A stretch of DNA of 64,000 bases from Pelomyxa schiedti (lineage: Eukaryota; Protista; Evosea): positions 42,167-106,166 of the forward strand of contig JAHLWZ010000714.1 of assembly GCA_020536535.1 (NCBI GenBank), given 5' to 3'. The position numbers and the translations under genes are program-made. Below, one piece after another: positions 50,292-63,263 of the stretch. Within the stretch, counting starts at the first letter, position 1, and every line of letters starts with the position of its first letter. Under the pieces are notes generated by a model. The model did not search any database. It was given only the letters and a program-made list of their open reading frames with translations, and was not told where the DNA came from.

Positions 50292-52332
50292 ATGGGGGTT
50301 GTACCGTTGAGGTGGCTCGTTGGAGTGTTTGTTGTTGTGACGGCGATGACGTCATCGGCAGCACCTAGTGCACCGCCGAAAAGTGCGCCTTCTTGTAGCT
50401 ACCTCAGCCATAAGTTTCAAATGCAAAAGTTGTTGTATAGTTATTAAGAATAACTCTTTGCCTCACGTTAGGTAAAAGCAACTCTATACCTACTTACAGT
50501 TTCACGAGTGATAGAGGGAGGGAGACTGCTAACATGGCCAGTGATGGTGTGGATTATGATTGGCTTTTTCGATACACTGGATACATTGAAGTGGATGCGC
50601 CTCACAACGCTTCACTGTTCTACTGGTTCCTGGAATCAACAAACGGAAATGCATCGGCTCCAGTGATCATGTGTGGATGTTTGGTTCTTTTCTTCCGGTT
50701 CACCTCTTACTTTGTTGCATAGGTGGCTTCAAGGTGGACCAGGTTGCAGCTGCACAATGGGCATGTTCAGTGAGGTTCGATTTACCGTCACCTCAAGTTT
50801 TTCTTATTTTACTGCCTCCAGAACGGTCCCTACTATGTAACTGAAGACTTACAACTTTACGCTAACGAGGCTTCTTGGGTAAAGCTACGGTTTTTCGTTT
50901 CCGTGTAACAATTCTCTTCTTTACTCAGACTGACCGTTTCCACATGCTCTTTGTGGATCAGCCTGTTGGAACTGGATACTCTTATACAGATGATCCCGCA
51001 GGTTCGTTCACATCGTAACTGAAATTTATAACACTCCGAAGGTTACTCTTCCTCTGAGCAAGACATTGCCCACAATTTATACACATTCCTGGTCAACTTC
51101 TTTACAAAATTCCCACAGTACGCAAAGAATGAACTATACATTTTTGGCGAGAGCTATGCTGTTGTTGAAAAAAATGCCTTTAATTTGCTTACAGAACTTA
51201 GGGCAAATACATCCCCAGCACAGCATATTACATCTATGAAGCAAACCTGAACCCCATAAAGACAATGACCATAAACCTGAAAGGAATTGGGATAGGCGAT
51301 GGCTGGGTGGATCCCCAGCTACAAGTTTCAGGTTACTTTAATGTAATATCAATCCGGTGACACCAATAGTGCTCTCGAAATTTAGTTTGGTCTGATTTTG
51401 CATACCATTCGGGGCTTGTAAATTATCAACAAAAGATGAATTTATTGAAGAACCAAGACGAAATTGTGATTGCTATACGGGTTTATCAACTGTTTTTAAA
51501 TTTATTTCTGAAATGCCATCACACAGGATACTCGCTGGATTGATGCTTACTACCTTTGGGACAACCTCACCTTGAATACAATGGAGTGGAGTGGAATGGT
51601 CAATCCTTCAGGTTTAAATTTTTCCTTTTCTTCCCGATTGAGTAGTATGCAGATTATAGAATTTATGGTTTTTCTAGCTTCGAGGTTTTCGACTGGATAG
51701 AAGCCTGGGTAACCCAGCAGTGGGTTAGGGAAGAACTTGGAGTGGGCAATAGATCTTTTGAGGTTTCTTCCCGCTTCATAGTTCTGTAGCGTGAGTTTGG
51801 TGAAAAGTAGATGACAACAGATTTGGTTGCATCATACCTAATGGAAGATGAAATGCAGAGCGTTTCTTACCTGTTTCCAACCCTGTTAGATAATTTCAAG
51901 GTGAGCAAATAACAACTCACTGATGTCCAACAAATCTACCGCAAATAGGTCCTCATTTATCAGGGTAACTTTGACTTTACTGTTCCGGTTTCATCCACAG
52001 AGACCTGGATTCGTGATATTAATTGGAGCGGAAGGGAAGGCTTCAAGAATGCACGCAGAACAGTGTGGTATGGCCCGGATTTGACCCGCGGTTATGTACA
52101 GGTACCTACCTATATTTCGTTTTAAAGTTGGTAGCCACCCATTAATCTCGAATCAGAGTTATGACACCCTCACATTCTTGACGGCAGTGCAAGCAGGGCA
52201 CATGGTACCAATGGAGTATGTACCCTCCCTCCCACAACAAACAAATGATTACGAATTTATATCTTCCACAGCCAACCGGATAGAGCACATGATATGGTCT
52301 ATCGTTGGATATATGATAAAGGGTGGGTGTAA
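50292..52332 (+). CDS. Serine carboxypeptidase (peptidase S10), secreted
   Basis: Signal peptide; LFYWFLES, WLQGGPGCS, FVDQPVGTGYSY, GESYAGKYIP, GIGIGDGWVDP, YQGNFD, AGHMVPMDQP. Confidence 0.96.
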
Positions 52333-52714
52333 GAGTCATACTGCGATGCTACGTGCAGGACACTGATGTGTGTGTTTTCAGGGAGATTTAAGTTGATTGG
52401 TTCAAGGAAATGAACTTTTGACTTTCACGGATCGTGAAGATTTGGTGCACGGGGGGCCGAAGGGGCAGGGAAGTGACGCCAATTTTTTTTCTTCTAAACT
52501 CACTGCAAATAAGTGGACTTTGATGATCCCCCAGAGTTACATCATTCGGCGGGCCCATTTTTAAGGCCGACGATTGGCATAATTGGGAAGGAAACAACTT
52601 GCAAAAAAGTGCAAACTTAAACAAAACAAAAAAATCGTCAAAGCAGAGGTTGGACGTTGAACGTCATTCATCACCGGCAGGGTCACATACACAAGATCTG
52701 TGTGAGAGGAGAAG

Positions 52715-54215
52715 ATGTTTGGTGTCGTTGTTGGCATTATCGCAATTGCTGGACCGGTGTTTTGGTTGATGTCTGGGTCTTGCAACGGTGCATGCTTCGC
52801 GGCTCTGTTGTCTTTGGCTATGATCGCCGTGCAGTTCTCTATTTTCAACCTCAAGAGGCGAAACTCGAGGGACACTGTTTTCATTTTATCCGTGCTGCGC
52901 GTTTTACTTGTGGCTCTCGCTCTACCCGCTTTTTTCGCCGCTACTTCCAAGGTAATTCTGGGGTGTAACACTGCGCGCCTCCCTGGCGATACCATGCCTG
53001 TGCCACAGCGACGACAGTTCTGGGACTCCCACCTTCTGTCGGCAGATACAACTCTTTTGGGGTGGATATATCCATACGGGCAATTCTCCTTGTTCCTGGA
53101 CTCCTGTGCCAGTACTGGAAAGTTTTGGTATGTTTCTTTCAAATGTCCCTGCCTTGCCGGTTAACCTTTTCCAGGTGTGCTTGGCTTGCACCCGATGCTT
53201 TTGTTGGACAAGCCATTGTAGAGATATTGAACCTTGTTTACATTAGTTTTTATGTATGGAGCTATGCGTGTACATTTTTACTGGCACTTCGGTGCTGCAT
53301 GTGCTGGCACGTGTGGAGGCGTTGTACCAAATCTTGCCTGAGAGTGCAATACTCCAGCGAAGACCTGGAGGTTGGCCTAAATATCAAAAAGTTAAAGACT
53401 CAGATGTGTGGCTGTGCTTGGCCTATGGTTGGTGCCGGAGTATCAGAAGAAGAAGCTGCAGCACTAGCGCAAGAAACTCTGGAGAAATTAGAAGCATTTG
53501 TCTTTGTTTGGGCAGCTAGTTTTATTTCCACTTTTGCAATCAATCTGATTTTGCCCGCCAAGAGCCCCAGAGTCTTTATAAGTGAGTTACCTTTTTATTA
53601 TTCTTGCCCATAACCTAACTTGTCCTTTCAGAACATGCCTACCGTACTGAATTGAATGGCTTCGGCTTGACAAAATTTACCCGAAGTCTACTTGAAATTA
53701 ACGAGTCTGCCGGTGCATTTCCTAGCGGACATGTTGGAGAAAGTCTTGCCGTGGGATTCGCCGCTCTTAGAATTTTGCCGACTCATCATCTGAGTGCCGG
53801 TGCTGCGGTCAAGTTACGATTACAAAAATCCAACCAAGGCACACCCGGTGAAGATATAGAAGGCAAGGCTGGCTGGGGAATATGGGGAGCCCATGAAGCC
53901 ATACGAGAGTGGAGACTGGCAGTTCTCTCTATGGTCTTCGGCGTTGGTATTACAGTAGCAACACAGTGGATGAGGTATCACTACTTTGTTGACCTCCTTG
54001 CCGGAACCGCGATATCTCTCTTTGCCTGGGGCATTGGATCATTAGCCTATCCGCTTGCCGGCAGAAAAGGGCGGCACCAAAGGGAACAGGAGTGGGAACT
54101 CAAACTCCAGGAAGGACCCAGTACAGTAGTAGTAGAAGTAACAAAATCACCCACGGCTATAGCAATGCCCATATGTATATCCACCTCCACACCACCTCCC
54201 CTCCACAGCCGCTGA
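52715..54215 (+). CDS. PAP2-superfamily membrane enzyme (IPC synthase/AUR1-like)
   Basis: Multiple TM segments; ILPAKSPR, GAFPSGHVG, MRYHYFVDLLAG motifs. Confidence 0.8.
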
Positions 54216-54487
54216 TGCACTCAACAACTTCAACTCCACCTCGATTATCATTCAGCAAGCAACCCGTTTCCACCACAATAGGGGCCAACCCTTGTACAGA
54301 GGACAATATAGATACAAATTAGTGTTTAATTTCTCCTTTCTTTCTCCACCGCACTCCTGTTCAATACTTCGTGTTACGTTTGGTCAATGGATCTGATCAT
54401 TGCACAGTTCGTGGATTGTGGTGTGGTTTCAGTTTTGATCGAAGTCAAAACGAACAAAAATTTCAAAAAACAAAAAAAAATAAAAGA

Positions 54488-57400
54488 ATGTCGACGTTGG
54501 GGGTTCGTCTTGGGATGTTGCAGGTCAAAAAAAAAACAAATTATTTGTCGTTTCCTCGCGTTTTGCTTGCTTTCTTTCTGTCTTGTCGTCCCACAATTGC
54601 GTGTCAGGCTGCGAGATGGTGGTCGGACCCAGTTGTTGATTTGAGTTACTGTTTCACGGCCGACGATGCTAGTTCACTCAAGGTACTAAACAAACAAACA
54701 TCATAAATTAAAACATAGTTATTTTACCAACTATTATAATATATGTTGTATTAAGGCAATAAATAGAAATCTAAAGTTTGTAATTGATGAATTGAATTGA
54801 ATTTAACAGGTTGTTGCTGATGCTTTGGTGACTCGTGCCAAAGGATCCACTGGAGGGGGTTGTGCCCTCTTTCTTGGTGTTGGAACAATGTCACGTGTGG
54901 CCCCTGTCACAGCACTCCATCTTGCTGATAATAGGATGGGCCCGAATTCATGTGCACAGCTCACTACCTTGCTGAAGACCTCCCCGCCACTCAACACGCT
55001 CTCTGTGTTGGATTTAGAACACAACAGGTCATTCTTTGATCACTCCTCTTTGGGATTAACATCTTTCTCTCAAGATATGGGCAAAGGTTGCCAAATTCAC
55101 TTCTGTGCAATGCAATTGGAGACAAGGGAGCCGAAAGCATCGCCATAGTGTTAAAAGATCCGACTATAGTTCTCAGGGAACTGTACCTTGGATACAACTC
55201 GATAGGGTATAGTAACTTCTACATAACGGCATTCTGATTTATGCACAGAGATGCTGGTGCGCAGCAATTAGCTGAAGCCTTGAAAATGAACAAAACTCTT
55301 AAAGTATTATCTCTTCAGGCAAATAAAATTACTGACACTGGTGCCGCCTTCCTCCTGCAAGCTGTGAAGGTAAGGTTCATAACATTTTATTTCCATCATC
55401 TAATTCTTGTAGACTAACTCCACCCTTACACATCTGGATCTTGGCAACAACAAACTCACTACTCGCACGGCTGAAATAGTTGCTGCAACGCTCTCAGTCA
55501 ACCAGTCCTTAACCAGTATAAATATGGGATTAAACAACCTCGCCGGGTATTACCTCGCAACCTCACTTGCTTCTCTAACCTTTTTCTTAGAGGAGCGGTA
55601 GCAATTGGAACAGCCATCAGTGGGAATAGCAATATTAGTAATCTGTCCCTTGCTCACACATCTATTGGAAACGAAGGTGTATCTGCACTCGCAAAGGCTC
55701 TGACGTCTAACACTCATCTTCGTTGGTATTTTAACTTTCTTCTCCCACTTATTCCTGTCTCTCACCTTAAAACATATATTTTCTTAGCATTTCTCTGTGA
55801 GTAGATTTTCCATCCTACATTTGTCCCTCATATTTCCTTTTTCCCAGAGCTTCAAATAATTTGACTGATGATAGTGCAACCAGCCTTGCCGAGCTTCTAA
55901 AGCACAATCACACTATCACGGATCTCAAAGTACGGTCACTCTTTTTTTTATTAATTCTTACAAAGTTGCAGTTGGAATTCAACTTGATTGGAGATGGAGG
56001 GGCCATCAAGCTGCGAAAAGCAGTTTCCGATAACCCGGCAATTCGGAAACTCAATCTCAGCAATGTTTTCATATCCACTCCCACTCCGTTTCCACTGACA
56101 CTCCTTCCCAGAACCCGATGATTGGAGACAAGAGTATTGTTCAAGGTAATTCTTTTTTTTTTTTTTTTGTTTTTCATTTCATATTTCGCAAAACTGATTG
56201 AGGCCAGGGATTTTGGAGGAACTTGAAACAAATCAAATTCGAGAGCGAGAGAAGTTAAGGAACAGTGCAGCAGGTTACCGCCTCCAAAACACACATATAT
56301 CCTAAAAATACTTCCTCAGGGACTGGAACGGTGACAGACCAAACTCCCACAGATCCAGCCAAGAAGAGTACGGCAGTCATTTTCTATCTCCCTTACTTAC
56401 TTCTCTTCAGCACACCATCATCACAAGAAGAGGCACTCTGGAGGTGTAAAAATATCTTGATCTTTCTTTTTCTCATGTTGCACAGATCGCAGTCACAGAT
56501 CTCCGTCCCCCTCGACAGCGTCATCGCACAGCTCCACACCGTCTCCTTCGTCAACTCCGGCTGTGACGACAACAACCGCGGCACCTTCAGATACTGCCTT
56601 GTGGGAGCTTCTCTCCAAACAAAGTGTTGTTGGTGAAATGGTGACAAATGTACCAACTTTTTCTGGACCAAACAGGACAGCTTCTATGGTGCTGTCTGTT
56701 GTTGCCCCACCACCAACACCCCATTCCAAATCCAGCCAGGAACCGGCTGACTCACACACTTCAAAAACCCGTACGCAACTTTAACTTTTCTTTTCTTACT
56801 TACCGCAATCCTAGATCAGCACAGTCACAGATCCCCTTCTCCAGCCACATCGCTATCGTCCTCGCCCCGCTCGTCTACTGACAGTGCCCCTGAAACCAGT
56901 ATCTCTATACTGTTCTATTTAGAGAATCCCCATCTTACTTACATACAGAGCCGGTTTCCCTCTGGTCGAACATGAGTGTCCAAAGCTCTCCTCCACAGAC
57001 AAGTAACACAACCGCTCCCCAATCCGATTTGTGGTCCCCTCTCACAGTCACCCACAGCAAATTCGAACTCAGCCGTATCTTCTGATAAGCCTATCACGGA
57101 GGGGTCAGACAACCTGTGGGCTTCAATGACAGCTGCCCCTGTTAATCCAACACCCTTGAAGACCGCCGTGGAACCAGAGACTCCATCCGATGACCTTTGG
57201 TCCAGCCTGTCCTTTGGGGCCACTACCGGGAAGCCAGAAAACGTGGAACCACCATCACCGGTGGTTGATTCTAGCCTTTGGGGCTCTATGACAACAACTT
57301 CTCCTGCTCCCGAACAGTCTTCTACGGTTGAAATCCCACACTCGCTACCAATTTCTTTTTAACAACTGAACAGGAAAAGGATGTATATGAAGAGGACAAT

Positions 57401-57797
57401 CTCTTTGCGCTTCTGGCCAAAAGTAAATCCCTAACACTGTCAAAGAAGGCGGGTCTAAAGGCCGGCTTAGCATCTGCTCCTGCTGATAGTCCCCGAACCT
57501 CAATTGTACGAAATCCCCTTCCCCCACATATTATTTCTATACAAATAGTATCCACCGCGGCGCTCCCCTTATTCTCTGCAACCGCAAATTCCCCTTGACT
57601 TTTTGCATTTGTTTCATCCACCATCTCACCAACTTGCTTTTGCACAGAATGACATTGCGTGGACACCAACAGCCACAACCACAACCACTGCCCCTGTTCC
57701 CCCGGCTCTCCCCGAAGCCCCAAAACACCCTGCTCCCACCTTGGATTCCAAGTCCAAAAAACCACACAATGGCAGCAGCTCCAACCACAGGCACTGA
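54488..57797 (+). CDS. RNI-like leucine-rich repeat protein with a long S/T/P-rich C-terminus
   Basis: LHLADNRMG, LYLGYNSIGDAGAQQLAEAL, LSLQANKITDTGA, LDLGNNKL, LEFNLIGDGGA repeats. Confidence 0.85.
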
Positions 57798-57919
57798 CAC
57801 CCACCCCACACCATTGCCCATGTTTATGATAAGCCAAGTTGTTGCCTCTTCTTGACTTCTTCGTCCATCAACTTCTCGGAAATATCAACACGTTTTGATT
57901 GGGTTTCGTTTACCTCGAA

Positions 57920-59101
57920 ATGCAGTGGCCAAGAACAGAGGTGATGTCGACCCACAATGCGCGTGACCAACTTCTCGCGTTGGCCATGGCATCGCACCCA
58001 CGGTGCGGGGCGCACAGCCCAGCGCGGTCCTTCATGTCCCTCCAGCCCCTGGCCACATCCCCATTGTGGGAGTGGTGCCTCCGCGGCTCCGCCGTATCGT
58101 TCGGCGTCTCGGCGGCAAATGTCGGCCAGGGCCTCATCTACTTCCGGTTCGCGGTGTCGTCGGCCCTCAACAGCCCGGTCAGCGGAGCCCTCAAGACCAC
58201 GACGTGCGGCAACACCGACCTCAAGATCCAATTCCACGGTGCGTTGACCGTTGACCGCCTTGTACTGAGTGATACCGATTGCTTGGTGAATGGGCGGCCT
58301 GGCAGCGCGGTCTTTGTTCTGGACTCTGAGAGTCCCTGTGAGAGGAGGAGACTGCTGTGGGCGCAGGGCATCGACACATTCGTTAACGAGAAGTGGGCTG
58401 TTGTCTGCAAAGCCTACGGGAGCAAGCTGGCGGTTATAAACATGGCTGAGAATTCCGGGAGTGAGCAAGATGTGCAAGTGAACTGGTTGTCGGCTGCTGA
58501 GCAATTTGATTACCACACAGTGGAGTGTACTGGGGTGTTGCTCAACAAGAGCAGCGTTGATGAGGCTGTGGTGGAGTATGGGACTCAGCAACACCTCTTT
58601 CTCATGGTGATAGATTTGGGGAAATCACACGCCACGAATCAACTGGTTGTCAGCCACTTTTTCAAGTGGAATAATCTGGATTGTGTGAGCTCATTTAGGT
58701 CAGGGATTGTGATGACGAAGTCAGCAACTGGCCAGCGCGTTGTGTTTGTTGAAATGCGTTCTCTTGAATCAGTATCTGTGTTTGAGTTCCTGGTGGAGGA
58801 TGGAAATGACACACTCAGGCCCATATCCAGTCTCGCATCCAGGGTGTCTCAGTTGAGTTCATCACTGTTTTGCATCTCCAAGTCAGACGCCTCAGTTGAA
58901 GTCTGGGACTGCAACAACACATCAGCCCCACTGCGGGTACTGAAATCAAGGTACCCCTCTGTGATTGCTGATTCAGGGTTCCTGTTCCACCTCGTCGACG
59001 ATGTAATTGAGGTCACTGATTCACACGGCAACCTTGTTTGCACGATCGCATTGCCCGGCTCGCGAACGTTTTGGTTCCAAGCTGTGGGTTTTGTGTTGTG
59101 A
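57920..59101 (+). CDS. Intronless 'RCGAxSPAR' family protein (paralogue A)
   Basis: Single ~390-aa ORF; ARDQLLALAMASHPRCGAHSPAR..LWEW and C-terminal SSSLF..VEVWDCNNT. Confidence 0.8.
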   Translation: MQWPRTEVMSTHNARDQLLALAMASHPRCGAHSPARSFMSLQPLATSPLWEWCLRGSAVSFGVSAANVGQGLIYFRFAVSSALNSPVSGALKTTTCGNTDLKIQFHGALTVDRLVLSDTDCLVNGRPGSAVFVLDSESPCERRRLLWAQGIDTFVNEKWAVVCKAYGSKLAVINMAENSGSEQDVQVNWLSAAEQFDYHTVECTGVLLNKSSVDEAVVEYGTQQHLFLMVIDLGKSHATNQLVVSHFFKWNNLDCVSSFRSGIVMTKSATGQRVVFVEMRSLESVSVFEFLVEDGNDTLRPISSLASRVSQLSSSLFCISKSDASVEVWDCNNTSAPLRVLKSRYPSVIADSGFLFHLVDDVIEVTDSHGNLVCTIALPGSRTFWFQAVGFVL

Positions 59102-59281
59102 AAAACGCAACACAAAAAAACTCCACTTTTTCCGTGAACCTACTTCCCCTCAGAATCACGAGAACCCTCCTTTCATCATCCTCCTTTCCCAAAAGGAGTT
59201 AACCACCTGGTTATGTCCAGAAGAATGGAGGGTTTTGTATACAAAAAAAATCAATTTCTAATCATGGTTGCTGAATGACCC

Positions 59282-60610
59282 TCACCACAAGAAAGAGGAG
59301 GAGTAAGGCAACATGTCACCTACGCACCATCCATCAATTCCAAAGGACACAACAACCTGGGTTGATGATGCTTCAATCACCAGAAATTTCTCATGTCTTT
59401 TCTCAGTGAATACGATGAACCCACCACCGGCTATCTTGTTGTCTATGTAATCTGGGAAGCATTTTACTGCAGGGTACTCCTTGGAGGTGTCATTGCAGTC
59501 CCAGATATCCAGCCTATTTGTGTGGTACACTGAGAACAGTGAGCTACTCACTTGCTCCAATTCTTGGCTCCGTGCAGAATAATAGTTTTTGAGGGTGTAG
59601 AGCTTTCTTGAAGCCCCATTTGATTGCACAGACATCACAACCCGGGATCGCCTATCTCGGGCAGAGAGAATGAATACATTCTCACCAACCTTGTTTTGCA
59701 TCACAACAATGATTTCTATCTGGCAATCCAGAAACTTGACATCTGGAAATGGTGTCACTCCCACAACATTCAGGATTCCGGAGGAGTATGTCTTGGCAAC
59801 ATCCACCACCAAGAACTGGCTTCCTGTTGTTCCCTCAGAGTGCTCAACAACGATCACCGCCTGCGATGGAATCACTTTATTCAGCGTAAGGAACGTGGCT
59901 CTGTAAGAAGGATACGGAAGTGCAACAGAAACACCCGAATCCACCCCCGCCGTTGCCGTAGGTGCCACAACAAACAGCTTTCCACCACTCTTGAGGTTCA
60001 CCAGCCAACTCCTGTTTGCACACAAGTGCGAGATTCTCCCCTCCTCCCGCCTCAGTACCGTTAGGGCACCACTCGACGCATCGACCATCTTGACCTCAGG
60101 CCTCTCGGTTGTGAGGCCATGCACCCCAATGAACCTGTTCTCATCTACCCACTGTTGCTTCTCGAAGAAGTAGGGCAGGTTCGCCGATGTCACTTGCACG
60201 CCGCCACCCATAATCCCGAGAAGCAGCGGCGACACGGAAAACCTGAAACTGCACACGTCCTCCACAGCATCTGGTGATTCTTCTCGCACTGCAACACAGA
60301 TGGCAACGGCCCTCTGGCAGCCCACGACCCAGTCGTCCCACAATTGCCTCAGCATGTGGGCTCCCAGCGCGCGGGCGGGCGACCGCGCCCCGCACCTCGC
60401 CGAGAAAACCGCGAGCGCCAGCGACGAGAACTGCGCGGGGGCGCTCAGTCCCCCGTCGTGGATGGTGACGTCGCCCAGCCAGTCTGGCTTCGTCACTTTG
60501 ATCGGCGCAGTAACGTCCGCTTCCTTTTTTACTTGTGTTGTTGGTGGTGGTGCTCGTGGTTGATCGATCCTTGGTCTCTTGTGCGTCGGTGACGTAGGTT
60601 CGTCTGACAT
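59282..60610 (-). CDS. Intronless 'RCGAxSPAR' family protein (paralogue B)
   Basis: 442-aa ORF; KRPRID NLS-like motif, SARCGARSPARAL..LWDDWV, VSSSLF..LDIWDCNDT. Confidence 0.82.
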   Translation of the reverse strand: MSDEPTSPTHKRPRIDQPRAPPPTTQVKKEADVTAPIKVTKPDWLGDVTIHDGGLSAPAQFSSLALAVFSARCGARSPARALGAHMLRQLWDDWVVGCQRAVAICVAVREESPDAVEDVCSFRFSVSPLLLGIMGGGVQVTSANLPYFFEKQQWVDENRFIGVHGLTTERPEVKMVDASSGALTVLRREEGRISHLCANRSWLVNLKSGGKLFVVAPTATAGVDSGVSVALPYPSYRATFLTLNKVIPSQAVIVVEHSEGTTGSQFLVVDVAKTYSSGILNVVGVTPFPDVKFLDCQIEIIVVMQNKVGENVFILSARDRRSRVVMSVQSNGASRKLYTLKNYYSARSQELEQVSSSLFSVYHTNRLDIWDCNDTSKEYPAVKCFPDYIDNKIAGGGFIVFTEKRHEKFLVIEASSTQVVVSFGIDGWCVGDMLPYSSSFLW

Positions 60611-60703
60611 GGGTGATGACTTCTTTTTTTTTTTCCTAAGGGAATGATGGAAGCGATATCAGATTCACTTACAATGTTCAATAAGTACGTGTCCTTTGTA
60701 GTG

Positions 60704-61954
60704 TCACCACAAGAAAGATGTTTTGGGGGACAGACCAACAAACCACCAACCGGTGATACTAAATATCACCGGAATCAGTGTTGACGAAGCATCAATCACC
60801 TGAAGTGTTCTGCAGCAACTTTCAATGGCAATAACGAGGCCACTACCAACGAGGTATTGGGTCTCACTCTCAACTTGTGGGATGCACTTCACCACTGGCT
60901 TGTTTGTTGTGTCGTTGCAGTCCCAAATGTCCAGCCTCTTTTCCTCTTTGTGGAGGACTGAGAACATCGATCCACTCACTTGATCCAAAATGCAACCATT
61001 TCGATGCACATACAGGGCAGTCACCTCTCCGTTTGATTGCACCGACCACACAAATGTGTCCCTTATGATGTTGGAAGCACTCACAAGGAATACGTTTTGG
61101 CCACACTTGTTCTGCAACGCCACAATGGTGCCCAACAGATACCCCTCATCCAGATGCTGTTGAAATGGGGTTGCGCTCAAAACATGCAGTATTTTTGTGG
61201 CATAGCTCTTCCCAACATCAATCACCCAGAAATACCTGCGCATTCCACTTGCTATTAGAGCCACTGCAAGTGATGGGTTCACCTTACTCAGTGCAAGGAG
61301 GGAAGCGCAGCACCGATCAGGAATCACAATTGTTATTGGACCGCACTTCCATTCTCTCATGTCTGTGATAAATAGCTTGGATCCACTGTGCCCAATCAGC
61401 CACTTTGCATTTTCAGTGCATGACTTGGTTGAAATGGACTCAAATTCGCCATCCCTGGCGGCTCTCTGCCTCCTTCTGAGTCTTTTCCAAGAAATGGACT
61501 CGACCACACGCACGGGGCCCATAATCCCAAGCAGCAGTGGCGACACGGCAAACTTAAAGGTGCACGACCGATCGGTGGCGGACCCGCAGGGCCGCACGGA
61601 CACGTCGAGGGTGATGTGCTTCTGGCAGGCAACGACCTCGTCCCACAATTGCTTCAGCATGTAATTTCCCAGCGCGCGGGCGGGCGACCGCGCCCCGCAC
61701 CTCGCCGAGACGACCGCGAGCGCCAAAGACGAGATCTGGGAACGCACACTCACGCCAACGTGTATCTCGATGTCGCCCAGCCAATCTGGCTTCGTCACTT
61801 TGATAGCGTATCCACTCCCCACACAACTTTCTTTTGTTGCTGTTTCCGTTGTCGTTGTGCCCTCGCTTTGTTGTTTGTTGGTGGCGTTTGGAGGTTCGTC
61901 GATTCTCGGTCTCTTGTTTGTTGGTGGTTCCGCTGCCGCTTCGTGCCCCCACAT
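60704..61954 (-). CDS. Intronless 'RCGAxSPAR' family protein (paralogue C)
   Basis: 416-aa ORF; shares KVTKPDWLGD, RCGARSPARAL, QNKxGxNVF and LDIWDCNDT with B. Confidence 0.82.
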   Translation of the reverse strand: MWGHEAAAEPPTNKRPRIDEPPNATNKQQSEGTTTTETATKESCVGSGYAIKVTKPDWLGDIEIHVGVSVRSQISSLALAVVSARCGARSPARALGNYMLKQLWDEVVACQKHITLDVSVRPCGSATDRSCTFKFAVSPLLLGIMGPVRVVESISWKRLRRRQRAARDGEFESISTKSCTENAKWLIGHSGSKLFITDMREWKCGPITIVIPDRCCASLLALSKVNPSLAVALIASGMRRYFWVIDVGKSYATKILHVLSATPFQQHLDEGYLLGTIVALQNKCGQNVFLVSASNIIRDTFVWSVQSNGEVTALYVHRNGCILDQVSGSMFSVLHKEEKRLDIWDCNDTTNKPVVKCIPQVESETQYLVGSGLVIAIESCCRTLQVIDASSTLIPVIFSITGWWFVGLSPKTSFLW

Positions 61955-62429
61955 TTTTAGCTGAAATCAGAGCAAGGACTTCTAAAAAGTCCTCGCGGAA
62001 TAAAAAAACCAGGGTTCCAGTTTTTCAGGAGAGTCCAAAGAGATGCGATTGAGGTCCCTGATTCGCATTGCCGCCAGTTTGCCGTGTCGATGCGCAGATG
62101 GTTTGCAGCTGTGATACTTTGAAGGGAAAACCTAAACGGGGTTTCTTAACTAACGAAATTGTCATTCCCAGCTTTTGGGATGCACTTGATGACTGGGTGC
62201 CTCTTTGTTGTATCATTGCTGTTGTTATATCCCTCAAGAGCTGTGAGAGGGATCCTGGGGAGGATATCTACCAAGCCACAGTAGATGTTACATCACCATC
62301 ACCCAGGCTCAGGAACCAAGGAATAATGTAAAGTTAGGAGAATAACAGAACCCCCTTAAGGACACTATCATACGTTCTTTAGCGAGTTAACACATGGTGG
62401 AGGTAAGCGATTATGGTCCCCATGCCAAA

Positions 62430-63100
62430 ACTGTCCCAGATGTCCAGCCTCTCTTCCTTCCTGTTATAAACTGCAAACATGGAGCCACTCACCTGAACCA
62501 AGATGCAATCAATAGAGCTCGTTCATTTCACCATTTTCAAGTATGGAAATCAACAGACTTGGATTCCCACCTCTGAGTAATATCAATTATGACGTTTTGG
62601 CCAGCCTTATTTTGCATCACAAGAACACTCTCCATAGCCCATTCCTCTATGCCACAGAAATCACACGGAGTTTCACTCACCACACACATTCTGGATTTGT
62701 ACGTCTTGGCCACATCAATCACCAAAATGTAGAATCTCTTGGAATACAGGCACACAACAGCCATCACTGCCATAATGAATGAGGCTATCACTCTGCTCAA
62801 GCCAAAAGGTAATTTCTCAGGAGTATACACGTCCGGGAGTGCAACAGTAACCACGGGATCCTCCAGCTCCCCTGTTTTCATCCTTCCAACAGATACTACT
62901 GGTGGTATTCACCAATGACGGCGCTCCTCTTGTGCCTTCCTCCCTCATGAGTCTGTTCTCGTCCACCCACCAGGTCCTCTCGATACCAAGCAGATCCCCT
63001 TCTGTCCCATTCTCTGAAGGAACATTCAGTGAAAACAACAGTTTGATCGATGGTTTGACCAACTGGGGTGATGTTCACCCAACAAGTTGGCCAGCGCCAC
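62430..63100 (-). pseudogene. Frameshifted, truncated paralogue of B/C
   Basis: WVDENR, VIDVAKTY, VMQNKAGQNV and QVSGSMF..RLDIWD lie in different frames. Confidence 0.75.
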
Positions 63101-63263
63101 CAACATGGTCCGTCCACGTTTTTTACAAGCTGCAAGCTGGCAACTTACAAAACATACTATGTCNNNNNNNNNNNNNNNNNNNNNNNNNNNNNNNNNNNNN
63201 NNNNNNNNNNNNNNNNNNNNNNNNNNNNNNNNNNNNNNNNNNNNNNNNNNNNNNNNNNNNNNN

